DNA from: Candidatus Omnitrophota bacterium
Lineage (GTDB): Bacteria > Omnitrophota > Gorgyraeia > DTHP01
DNA length: 25,764 nt
NCBI GenBank assembly: GCA_050252475.1
Contig: JBFWKV010000001.1
Span: 1-25,764, forward strand
Direction of reading: 5' to 3'
A program made the translations under genes and the position numbers. Numbering within the stretch: position 1 is the first letter of the stretch; each line of letters begins with the position of its first letter. The notes beneath the pieces are model-generated. The model searched no databases. It saw only the letters and a program-made list of their open reading frames with translations, and had not been told where the DNA came from. Of the stretch, positions 1-8,672 are shown one piece after another.

Positions 1-129
1 CATTTGGCGTGCCTGTTCATAATTCCAATTTTGCCCAGGGTTAGCGTTTTCGGCATAAGCTAATATACAACAAACCCTAAATACAAAAGTAAAATATAAA
101 ATTATAGAAACTTTTATTGTACTCCTCAT
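1..129 (-). CDS. Partial CDS (N-terminal 43 aa, cut by the window edge); secreted hypothetical protein
   Basis: Not in the ORF track. ATG at 127-129 reads MRSTIKVSIILYFTFVFRVCCILAYA-ENANPGQNWNYEQARQM, open to the edge. It has a basic n-region, hydrophobic core and A-x-A cleavage site. AAGGAAG lies upstream, overlapping the stop of the 1690-aa ORF. Confidence 0.6.
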   Translation of the reverse strand, partial: MRSTIKVSIILYFTFVFRVCCILAYAENANPGQNWNYEQARQM

Positions 130-148
130 ATATTTAATTATATCTTCC

Positions 149-3100
149 TTACCGGGTACGCTGCAACAAAAATAACTCTCGCGCAGAATATTGTCGTGCA
201 TTATTAAAGAAACCAGGCATAAGCCATAAGCCTATCAGCGGGTTTTCTATGGGGTTAACCATTTCAGCAAACCCTCCCCAGGTCTCAGCACATCTTAAGG
301 CATAACGGCTTAAAACTCTCAAGGTTTTAGAACCCAGATTTAGCACTGAACTTGGTATCAAGTTTCCCAAGGCCTGAGTCTTTAACGAATACCGCATTCC
401 TCCCGGAGACAATTCTTCTTCTATGAGACTTTCCATTGAATAAATATTGAACCAATAACCTAAATTGGGTAAAGGAACATTTCTAAGGAATGGCACTGCC
501 CCTCTTAAACTTGCGTTAATACGCTCACCTAAGTTAAGCAAAGTTCTAACATATCTATCGCCTAAACTTAAAAGATTATTTATGGCCCGCAGAGCAAGCA
601 CACCATACTGCCTTGGATTGGATAACAAAGTGTACCACTTTCCAGGAACATCAAATATATTAAGTAACTTTCGGAAAGGAAGTGACACAAGATTACTTGG
701 TTGTAAATCGAACCTTACACCAAGCTGGGAAGGACTGAAAAGTAATCCAAATAACCAAGAATAGAATAAATTGGTAATAAACGAATCATCAAGGCTATTG
801 AAGAAATCTATAAAATCACCTTGGGCCCCTGCCATCATATATGTAAAAGGAACGAACGAAATCGCCACGTTAACAGCGCCTAAGAAGCTAGCAACAGCAC
901 CTATAACCACCTCTTTGGGAACTGTAATGGTAGGAAGAATTAGTACCTCTGCTGGTAAAATTTCCGCAAGCGCCGTAGTTATGTAAGGAGTAAATGGAAT
1001 TGCTGCGATTCCCGCTGCCATTAAAGCATGCCTCCAAGTAAAGTCAAAATACTTACGCTCAATTGTTAACTGTCCATCTCTGGGAGCCCAATTATCTCCG
1101 GGTTGAGGAAAGGTGAGTCTTTTCAATACCTCGGGATATCTGGGATTTAATCTTTCTACTTCATCATAATAAATATTTAAAATAGATTTTTCATTTTCAG
1201 GTAATTCCCTTTCTAATTTTCCATCACCATCAGGATCTTCCCAATTTTTCAACGCCTCCCTCCCTCTTAGTAAGAGATAGAAATGTATACGCCCCATATC
1301 ATTGCGTTTGTATAGTTCAAAGAGCAAATTGTAAAGATTACCTCTACTTTCCTTATCGATCTCTTCTACAAAATCACCAATAATCATATCAACCCAGCTA
1401 CAAAAACGATCAAAACTAGCCCTTAACGCCTCAGTATCATTAGTCCCCACTTTTATTAGATAATCAGATGGGCTAAGCAGAGCTGGCTTAGGGCTACTTC
1501 CTCTAAAAATTCTTGGTATCCCCAGTCTGTCACTATCGAAAGTAGTCTTATCCTTATAAAATTCTTCAAAATAAGGTTGGGCAAAATCAAGCCACATCTC
1601 CCCTGTTTGGGGATCAAATGTGACAGTAGAATGAACCCGATAAAATTTAGTGCAGTCTATACTAAATAAAGTTCCTTCATCAGGAGAATAAGGACTAGAA
1701 GCATAAGTGGTTGAAGCAATATTAGTTACTATGTCAGCGATATATTCATTAACCGCTCCTACGAAATCCAAAACTCCCGCCATAACACCGTCCCAAACCT
1801 GTAAGAATGTTGAATCTAAACCAGCAAATAATTCGGGATTGTTCCCCTGAAGTTCTTCCATTTTGCTCCTGAACTGTATAATCTGGGCGTAGAGTAAGAT
1901 TTCTTTCATGGACTCTATGACTTGAGTTGTTAAAGGATCTTCTAAAGAAGAATTCTCTGAAATCTCCACTTTTATCCCCGCTTCATTCCCAACATACATG
2001 CCATCCTTAGCAACAGAAGTGCAGATAACTGGAATATCGTTCTTGAGAAAATTCACTATGGATTGGGGATTATCCTCAAATTTAAAATTTGATTTTGTAG
2101 TATCTATCCGAAATTCTCCAATTCTTATCCTCCTACCATCACTTGGATCTCTTTCAATTACATAAATATAATGCTCTCCACCAAGAGTAAAATCTATTTG
2201 CAACTCTACATCAGCTAGGGAGTTAAATATTGTGACTCTTCTTCTGTTTTCACTCGGTTTCTCATACTTAAACAAGGGAGTTCTGAGAGAATAACTACTA
2301 TTATAGACTACAAAACCAGAAACTTCATCCAAATCCTCCACAGAAAACGAACCGGTTTCGATCAGAGCTTTTTTATATTCATCCCAGCTCTTGTACCCTA
2401 TACCATCACTAAGTGGTAATAAAAAGTAGCTTTTAAATTTATAAAATAAACCCCGGTCTTCCTCACTGATGATACCTCCTGTATAAAAGGAACCTGCTTT
2501 TGTATATACATATGGCTTTTCAGTCCCTAAAGGATAAATATACATTGTATTAAGCTTAAAATCAAAAGGGGTGTATGTTCTTTCATATCTTAATCTTTCA
2601 AACGAATCATATCCCTTTTCACTCTGTAAAAAAGGCTCGATATGAGGCCGATATGCACCGTGGGTTGCTTTCTGCAAAACATAGTAAACACCTAACATGA
2701 TCTGAAGATTATCCCTGACATCACCATCAAATTGTAATTTTTTGATTCCCAGAAATTCATCTGCGCCAGAATATTCTTCAATAGATACAAAAGTGCCCCC
2801 GTCGTCTCCTATGGTAACTTTTAATTTGGTTGAAGCAGTTCGTGGTTCGCTTGGATGAATACGAATAATCTCTAGATAATCGCCGGGTTCTACTGTATAA
2901 TCATATCCTTTACGCTCAAGGTCTACCTTGAGAACTTCAAGATAGTTCTTCCACAACTCTTTGAATTGGGCAAGCAAGGTACCCTCTTCTCCTGCACCTA
3001 TGCCTATTGCCTCAAAGACTTCTCGGTATAAAGGGTTAACGTCAATAGTGATTGAACCATCATCGGGCTGTACCAAGTTTTCTATATTTATTCCCATATA

Positions 3101-5221
3101 TGCAGATAATTCTTGCAAGATGGGAATATCATAGTATAATGGTTCTTCTAGCTCATAGTCATATCTAGGGTCTGAAGATCGTCTGAGTGTCAAAAGACGC
3201 TCTAATGCCATACCTTCGCCATTTGTTCCAACCCTCATAAGACCAAGTTTATAAGTTCCTCCTTGGGGTAGTTTAACTTGTTGAAGAGCATCTAGATTAT
3301 CAGGGTCTATCCCGAGCTTGAAAGAGCCTTCAACTTCCTGAAATAAGCAAACATCATATATCTTTAAGGTCTGAAAAGCGTAGGCAAGCTCGGTAGCTAG
3401 GGGTAGTAATTTTACAATCCTTTTTGCAGTGGCACCATTTTCATCCCAGTGTATTTCTATGGCATTAATTTTAGTTAAATCTATTACTCTTGAAATTCCT
3501 GTACCCTCATTTCCCTGAAGTTCAAAATAATCAAATTCCAACCATCCCGAGACTTTTTTTCTTCCCGTCAAGATATCTACAATATAATATTTTTGCAAAT
3601 AATGATATTTTGTTCTTCCTGTAGCGGGGTCAATACCGATTTCATCTTTTGTCATTTCTATGTGGATTCTATCATTCCCGGAATAGGTCGTCTGGAATAC
3701 TGTGGAACCTCTGGTTTCTCTTTCTGTTAGTAATTCTTTACTCCGGGATTCTATTTTACCCTCAAGATCACTCAGTTGGGAATTAATGACACATTCACTA
3801 ACAACCTGCATAAGTTGTTCTCGATCTACTTCATACACCTGTACTTTATCTTCCGTTTCTGTTGTCGTTGTTATTATGGCTTTTTCAGATGAGAGAGTAA
3901 TGTCATAATACTTTCCACCCCCCGCTAAAAATCTGAGATTCCCGCCGTAAGTCCCTAAATAAGACATCAAATGCTCCAAATTAATACCACACATGTATTC
4001 TTTTCTCACTGTCTGAGGTATTTCTATATGTAGACTTGCGATTATAGATGCATTAGACACCGAATATTCAAATATTGTTACATCCTGCCCAAAATATAGA
4101 GGATTAATGGAAGTAGGCGCTACTATAGACAACATTCCTTCACCTAATTTCTTGTAAAATTGGGTATCCAGCATTAATTGCGACGGTTGTTGTAAAGCAT
4201 AAGTAACAAAAAAACCATCCTCAAGATAATTTCCTAATCCCTCTACGGTATAAAGACCTAAAGGATTATTACTTCTATCAAGCAACTGCACATTTAAAAC
4301 TCCTCCCTCTCTACTAACATTTATATTAAAGCCAGTGTTTTTGTCGGGTTCAGCCAAATTTTCTAAATTTACAGAGATAGAATAGTTGTTATCTTCGCTT
4401 CCGCTAAAATCCTTCCATGTAACAAAGGCACGCTTACCAATTCCTGTTATTAATTCAGCACTTACAGAACTTAATCCTTCTCGGATATTATCTGTAGAGC
4501 CATAAATGCACGAAGAATTAAAGCCATCTCCGTTGTCATTTATAAAGAAATACAAAAACATATTTTTTTCTTCATTTGTACCTACTTTTTTAAAAGGGAA
4601 AACATACTGAATTACCCCTCCAAATACCCTCATTTTAACATCATCTTTCAATATGTAACCTTCTCTGAACCATTTGTGGTAATAATCTAATAGACTCAAG
4701 ATGAAAGGTGAATCTTGATTTATATCATATGTAGATAAGATATCTCTTATCCCAAATCCTTTGGGAATATTAATGCGATATATTTTTGTAGGGTCAGGGT
4801 ATCCTATTTGTGCTATCCTATCGTAAGCTATTACTTCTTCTTCCATTCCCTGCCATATAAAAGGCTTTCCTTCGCTATCCATAAGTATATATCCAGCAAA
4901 AGGTGAGACGTCTGGGATTTGTACTAAGTCCCATACGAATAATTCTGGCATTTGCATAGGTAGCATGGAATAAGAAAAATCCTGGCTACTAACCGCAAGA
5001 TAGCCAGGGGCCTGAGATATACCAAAACTACCTTGCTGTTGAGATTGAACTTGTTGATAAGGAGGACCAAGTGGTGGTAATTGCATTCCTTGAGAAGATT
5101 CGGCATAATTACTTCCGGACGAAAAAGCAAATAAACTATTATCAAAACAAATTAAAAAGTTTAAAATAAAAATGGCAAAAAAAACATTCCTTAAATTTTC
5201 TATTTTTCTTATCCCATCCAT
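149..5221 (-). CDS. Large (1690 aa) secreted or membrane-anchored hypothetical protein
   Basis: Long ORF with RBS AGGAGA. N-terminal signal-like segment (VFFAIFILNFLICFDNSLFA), Q/P-rich linker, DPDGDG (DxDxDG) motif at 1220-1237 and several hydrophobic segments in the last ~280 aa. No family recognised. Confidence 0.85.
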   Translation of the reverse strand: MDGIRKIENLRNVFFAIFILNFLICFDNSLFAFSSGSNYAESSQGMQLPPLGPPYQQVQSQQQGSFGISQAPGYLAVSSQDFSYSMLPMQMPELFVWDLVQIPDVSPFAGYILMDSEGKPFIWQGMEEEVIAYDRIAQIGYPDPTKIYRINIPKGFGIRDILSTYDINQDSPFILSLLDYYHKWFREGYILKDDVKMRVFGGVIQYVFPFKKVGTNEEKNMFLYFFINDNGDGFNSSCIYGSTDNIREGLSSVSAELITGIGKRAFVTWKDFSGSEDNNYSISVNLENLAEPDKNTGFNINVSREGGVLNVQLLDRSNNPLGLYTVEGLGNYLEDGFFVTYALQQPSQLMLDTQFYKKLGEGMLSIVAPTSINPLYFGQDVTIFEYSVSNASIIASLHIEIPQTVRKEYMCGINLEHLMSYLGTYGGNLRFLAGGGKYYDITLSSEKAIITTTTETEDKVQVYEVDREQLMQVVSECVINSQLSDLEGKIESRSKELLTERETRGSTVFQTTYSGNDRIHIEMTKDEIGIDPATGRTKYHYLQKYYIVDILTGRKKVSGWLEFDYFELQGNEGTGISRVIDLTKINAIEIHWDENGATAKRIVKLLPLATELAYAFQTLKIYDVCLFQEVEGSFKLGIDPDNLDALQQVKLPQGGTYKLGLMRVGTNGEGMALERLLTLRRSSDPRYDYELEEPLYYDIPILQELSAYMGINIENLVQPDDGSITIDVNPLYREVFEAIGIGAGEEGTLLAQFKELWKNYLEVLKVDLERKGYDYTVEPGDYLEIIRIHPSEPRTASTKLKVTIGDDGGTFVSIEEYSGADEFLGIKKLQFDGDVRDNLQIMLGVYYVLQKATHGAYRPHIEPFLQSEKGYDSFERLRYERTYTPFDFKLNTMYIYPLGTEKPYVYTKAGSFYTGGIISEEDRGLFYKFKSYFLLPLSDGIGYKSWDEYKKALIETGSFSVEDLDEVSGFVVYNSSYSLRTPLFKYEKPSENRRRVTIFNSLADVELQIDFTLGGEHYIYVIERDPSDGRRIRIGEFRIDTTKSNFKFEDNPQSIVNFLKNDIPVICTSVAKDGMYVGNEAGIKVEISENSSLEDPLTTQVIESMKEILLYAQIIQFRSKMEELQGNNPELFAGLDSTFLQVWDGVMAGVLDFVGAVNEYIADIVTNIASTTYASSPYSPDEGTLFSIDCTKFYRVHSTVTFDPQTGEMWLDFAQPYFEEFYKDKTTFDSDRLGIPRIFRGSSPKPALLSPSDYLIKVGTNDTEALRASFDRFCSWVDMIIGDFVEEIDKESRGNLYNLLFELYKRNDMGRIHFYLLLRGREALKNWEDPDGDGKLERELPENEKSILNIYYDEVERLNPRYPEVLKRLTFPQPGDNWAPRDGQLTIERKYFDFTWRHALMAAGIAAIPFTPYITTALAEILPAEVLILPTITVPKEVVIGAVASFLGAVNVAISFVPFTYMMAGAQGDFIDFFNSLDDSFITNLFYSWLFGLLFSPSQLGVRFDLQPSNLVSLPFRKLLNIFDVPGKWYTLLSNPRQYGVLALRAINNLLSLGDRYVRTLLNLGERINASLRGAVPFLRNVPLPNLGYWFNIYSMESLIEEELSPGGMRYSLKTQALGNLIPSSVLNLGSKTLRVLSRYALRCAETWGGFAEMVNPIENPLIGLWLMPGFFNNARQYSARELFLLQRTR

Positions 5222-5254
5222 TTTATCTCCTTTTATTCCCTGCTCAATGAATCA

Positions 5255-5300
5255 GAAGAGGCCACACTGTCGCACGGTTATTGCGACAGTGCAGCTCTTT
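5255..5300. terminator. Intergenic stem-loop (terminator-like or mRNA processing/stability hairpin)
   Basis: Perfect 10-bp inverted repeat CACTGTCGCA (5265-5274) / TGCGACAGTG (5282-5291) with a 7-nt loop, extended by AAGAG/CTCTT. The T-tract is better on the + strand than on the coding strand, so its role is uncertain. Confidence 0.45.
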
Positions 5301-5313
5301 TCTTCCCAATAGA

Positions 5314-5790
5314 TTATAGAGCTTGGTCGATAAATTGCATTATAAAATCTTCTTGCTCCACAGAGCTTGGTAGTTGTAATTCCCTATTCAATTCACTTAT
5401 CAAACTACCCACTCTTGCCTTTACTATCGTTGTACCCAATCCATCCTCCGTCGGAATTTCAAGGTTTGCCACTTGTTCGGGGGTAATACCTTCAAGATCT
5501 TTCCCTGTTATTTCATCTATTGCTTTTCCTGTTAAGCTCGATATGGCATAATTAATTGTTTGTGCAATGCTATCAGCCGGATTTTTTATCACACCTACTC
5601 CTGAGTTATACCTTGCAAGAGCAGCGTCACGAGGAACTGAATTATGAATTGATTCTATTCTACTAGCGGCTATACTATCGTATAAGCTTTCCATAACCTG
5701 TGAACCACTCAATGAAGTAGCTACAGCTTTAGACACCCCAAAACCTACAATAAAACTCACCATCACTATTCCTATCCCTATCTTCTTCAT
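5314..5790 (-). CDS. Small secreted hypothetical protein (158 aa)
   Basis: RBS GGAGGAG. Sec-type signal MKKIGIGIVMVSFIVGFGVSKAVA with A-x-A site. No family recognised. Confidence 0.8.
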   Translation of the reverse strand: MKKIGIGIVMVSFIVGFGVSKAVATSLSGSQVMESLYDSIAASRIESIHNSVPRDAALARYNSGVGVIKNPADSIAQTINYAISSLTGKAIDEITGKDLEGITPEQVANLEIPTEDGLGTTIVKARVGSLISELNRELQLPSSVEQEDFIMQFIDQAL

Positions 5791-5969
5791 CTTCTCCTCC
5801 TTTTTGATTTAATATGCTGAATTTATTTTAACACCCCGAGAACGCCCCGAGGCGAGAAATGAAAGTTTAATTTTGCGTTTTCATTTTTTAATCTTTTCTC
5901 CTCCCCACCTCCTTTTTTATTTTTTCAGCATTAATTCGCTTGGTTAAGCTTCTTATTTACTCCATATTA

Positions 5970-5998
5970 TATATAACACGTTTTCCGTGTTTTGTCAA
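5970..5998 (-). promoter_or_regulatory. Putative sigma70 promoter for the left-hand gene group
   Basis: Minus strand TTGACA-N14-TGT-TATATA (17-bp spacer, extended -10 TG). The spacer contains the inverted repeat AACACG-N5-CGTGTT. Confidence 0.55.
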
Positions 5999-6070
5999 GG
6001 GAGGTTAGTATTTTTTTTATTGGCATTTTTAAGAGAATAATTTTAAATCTGATTTGCTTTTTCTCGCCCA

Positions 6071-7795
6071 TCATAATCCTCCCAGAATCCGTTTGATGCA
6101 GAAAGAAATTAGGGGTGCCGAGGAAATTGTCTTAATTCCTGGAAAAACCGGCAATGTATCCAGAGTGACTAATAATTGAGGAAGCGCTTCTTTATCTTTT
6201 AAAAAATAAAATTCCTCCCGTCCTGAAGAGAATTTTCCCTGCACCACTCCCGCAAAAATCTTCTCAGCATCCGCCCCCAAATTATTTACCAAGTGATATA
6301 CCGCAGATTTTATGGTTCCTCCAGTAGAAGTTTCATCGTCAAGAATAAAAATGTAGTAATCTTTTAATGCGCGGGGAAGAGAAAGTGTTTTCCCGCCTTC
6401 TGTCAGAATCTCACCGCTAATAATAACCTCCGTAGCACTTATCCTTTCTTTATTCAAATAACCAGAAATGACATTCAAACCATAACGCTCTCTCAATACC
6501 TCACCTGCTTCCTGAACATACAAAAATCCTCCATCATCGGGAGAAAGAATAAGCAGGGGTTTCTGGACTTCGTCTTTTCCCTTTAACGCTTCTATTTCTC
6601 GCAATAATCCCTCTGCCAACTGCACAAAACCATTGAGATTGTATACTGATTGGGGAGGAAGAATATCTATGGTTTTTGGGTATCCTTCTTCCTCGCTTAT
6701 CCAGATTTCTGGATTAATTTCAACTAAACCGCTTCTTTTTCCATAATGGACATTTATGGTAAAGTTTTTATCTAAAAGGCAGTTTAATACTTCCAGAAGA
6801 ATATAAGCAGAAACTCCTTCTCCCTCTTTAAATTCTTTATCCTGCCGGCTATAGCCCTGATAGGTATTAATCAGGGAAATGCTATTTACTCCTTTTAGCC
6901 TCAACAGGGAAAGAGTAAGAATTAAAGATAAAATGTTTTCTGAGTTTTCTGTAGAATGAACTATTACAATGTTTTTTCCGCTTAATTTTTCTGGTAAAGA
7001 AACCTTCCAGTGTCCGGGGAAAATCTGTTTTATTTCCAGAAACTGACTTTCTGCCTCTTTTAAGCGAGAAACTGCCCCCTCTACGGTTTCCCTAAAGCGG
7101 GGCTGAAGATAAGCCACATGGTCAATATGGAGAGGTCCTTCTTTCTTCTCTTGCGGAACTATTGAGTTTATAGGAAGAAGATAATACTCACCGCTTTGTT
7201 CAAAGAGAAGAGAAACTTTCTGGGCAAATATCCTAAAGATAGAGACGATTAGATAATCTTCTTCGGAAAAAGGAGTCCAGTTCTTTAGGGTGAGATTAAT
7301 TTCTTTTGCTCCATATTGTTTCAGCGTGCCTAAAGTAAGAAGAATCTTCACAAAATCCTCAGAAGAGTTGAGGGTGGCATAAAAATTGAGGGAAGCATTG
7401 TTTATCTCTTCAGGACTAACCAGACGCAGATAGTATTCGCCATCAGGAAATTGATTATATTCTAATTCAATCTTATTCCCTTCCTCACTTACCAGAAAAA
7501 ACCCTGCTTTTTCCTCGCGAACCCGCCTCAAACCCTCCAAACCGTGTCCACCTCGTAGGTGGCAATCGGGGCCACCTCGTAGGTGGACGGGGTTGGGTGT
7601 TATCAGTTGTATCAGAATGATCGGAATCAGAAGGATCAGAAGAATAAACCGCTGTCCACCTCGTAGGTGGCAATCGGGGACACCTCGTAGGTGGACGGGG
7701 TTGGGTGGTTCGGAGCGGTTAGCAAGTCGGCCAGTAAGGAAAAACAGATTATCTTTTCTCTCCTCTAATCCTGTCAGTAACTGCCTTCTCATCAA
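6071..7795 (-). CDS. prs: Ribose-phosphate pyrophosphokinase (PRPP synthetase)-like protein with leader and duplicated N-terminal domain; start uncertain
   Basis: Motifs FPDGE, YQGYSRQDK, LSPDDGG, NKER and the PRT-type ILDDETSTGGT. Leader FILLILLIPIILIQLIT...GLRRVR. In-frame starts are TTG 7795 / ATG 7792 (overlapping nagB) and TTG 7540. Confidence 0.85.
   Translation of the reverse strand: MMRRQLLTGLEERKDNLFFLTGRLANRSEPPNPVHLRGVPDCHLRGGQRFILLILLIPIILIQLITPNPVHLRGGPDCHLRGGHGLEGLRRVREEKAGFFLVSEEGNKIELEYNQFPDGEYYLRLVSPEEINNASLNFYATLNSSEDFVKILLTLGTLKQYGAKEINLTLKNWTPFSEEDYLIVSIFRIFAQKVSLLFEQSGEYYLLPINSIVPQEKKEGPLHIDHVAYLQPRFRETVEGAVSRLKEAESQFLEIKQIFPGHWKVSLPEKLSGKNIVIVHSTENSENILSLILTLSLLRLKGVNSISLINTYQGYSRQDKEFKEGEGVSAYILLEVLNCLLDKNFTINVHYGKRSGLVEINPEIWISEEEGYPKTIDILPPQSVYNLNGFVQLAEGLLREIEALKGKDEVQKPLLILSPDDGGFLYVQEAGEVLRERYGLNVISGYLNKERISATEVIISGEILTEGGKTLSLPRALKDYYIFILDDETSTGGTIKSAVYHLVNNLGADAEKIFAGVVQGKFSSGREEFYFLKDKEALPQLLVTLDTLPVFPGIKTISSAPLISFCIKRILGGL
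7545..7707. repeat. Two 55-bp direct repeats (7545-7599, 7653-7707), each containing two copies of a hairpin palindrome; REP/BIME-like
   Basis: Unit TGTCCACCTCGTAGGTGGCAATCGGGG[C/A]CACCTCGTAGGTGGACGGGGTTGGGTG, one mismatch between copies, 108-bp period. The core CACCTCGTAGGTGG occurs four times (7549, 7573, 7657, 7681). Much more GC-rich than its surroundings. Confidence 0.95.
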
Positions 7796-8612
7796 GGATA
7801 AAGGTAGTTTGAGGGTGCAATTGGAGAAAAGAAGCAGGACAAGAAAAAGATACCTCTCCCAATAAAGCCCTCTCTACAGGGATTTTCTTTCCCTCTCCGG
7901 AAGCAAGAAGAAATATCTCCCGGCTCTGGAGAATCATATTCAGGCTAATGGTTATAGCCTGAGTAAAATCAACCCCATTGGCTATTTTTGTCTCTTCAGT
8001 TAATTCTACAATTCCAACAAGTCCTTCTGTCTTAAAACCCGGTTCATTAAAAGCAAGATGGCCGTTCCGGCCTATTCCTAAAACTAAAATATCCAGAGCA
8101 CCGATTTCTTTGAGTTCTCTTTCATATCTTTCTCTTTCAGCCTGAATATCCTCAGCATCACCATTTATCCCTAAAAACTTCTTTAAATTGAGCTGATCAG
8201 CTACTGCTTTTCTTATTTGATATTGAAAACTCTCGGGCGAATGTGAACCAGCACCCACATATTCATCAAGCTGTATCAAAATAACTTTTCCCCACACTGG
8301 ATCCAGTCCATATTGAGTTCTCAAGATTTCATATAGTCTCAAGGGAGTATTCCCTGTGGGTAATCCTATCTTTACCTCGCCTTTTTCCTCGGCAATCTGA
8401 TGAATTCTTTCCATAAGGATTTTCGCCATGTTCTGTGACATTTTCTCATAATCAGAATTAATAATTACCTTAACATTGCCGATACTAAAGACTTCGGTTT
8501 CTCTTTCTAATGAGCTCGGTTTTATTCTGCGAAAGAGGAAATTATCGGCAGAAGAAATTGCGGGAAAGAGAAGTAATAAAGCAGAAATTAAAATAATAAA
8601 ATTTCTTTTCAT
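7749..8612 (-). CDS. nagB: Glucosamine-6-phosphate deaminase with N-terminal signal peptide
   Basis: Motifs IGLPTGNTP, LDEYVG, GIGRNGHLAFNEPG and PASFLQLHP; catalytic Asp/His/Glu positions appear intact. Leader MKRNFIILISALLLLFPAISSA-DNFLFRRIK. Confidence 0.93.
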   Translation of the reverse strand: MKRNFIILISALLLLFPAISSADNFLFRRIKPSSLERETEVFSIGNVKVIINSDYEKMSQNMAKILMERIHQIAEEKGEVKIGLPTGNTPLRLYEILRTQYGLDPVWGKVILIQLDEYVGAGSHSPESFQYQIRKAVADQLNLKKFLGINGDAEDIQAERERYERELKEIGALDILVLGIGRNGHLAFNEPGFKTEGLVGIVELTEETKIANGVDFTQAITISLNMILQSREIFLLASGEGKKIPVERALLGEVSFSCPASFLQLHPQTTFILDEKAVTDRIRGEKR

Positions 8613-8672
8613 CTTCCGAGAAGATAAATAAAAATATTTCTCTTCTGCAAAGAAATTAAATTATCCTTGCAT

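Noticed and set aside
149-175. C-terminus of the 1690-aa protein (FLLQRTR*) resembles the LRRTR motif
   Set aside because: Single imperfect match at the wrong end of the protein; likely chance.
5867-5912. Strong SD-like run (GGAGGTGGGGAGGAG) before an ATG at 5884
   Set aside because: The ORF is only MKTQN*; no evidence for a leader peptide or gene.
7545-7707. Mini CRISPR array (two repeats, one 53-bp spacer)
   Set aside because: Only two units; 55 bp with a doubled internal palindrome is atypical; no cas genes or leader; the intervening DNA encodes the signal h-region in frame.
7485-7865. Short ORFs 7485-7673 (-) and 7593-7865 (+)
   Set aside because: By-products of the stop-poor GC-rich repeat; they overlap prs and nagB and have no RBS or recognisable domain.
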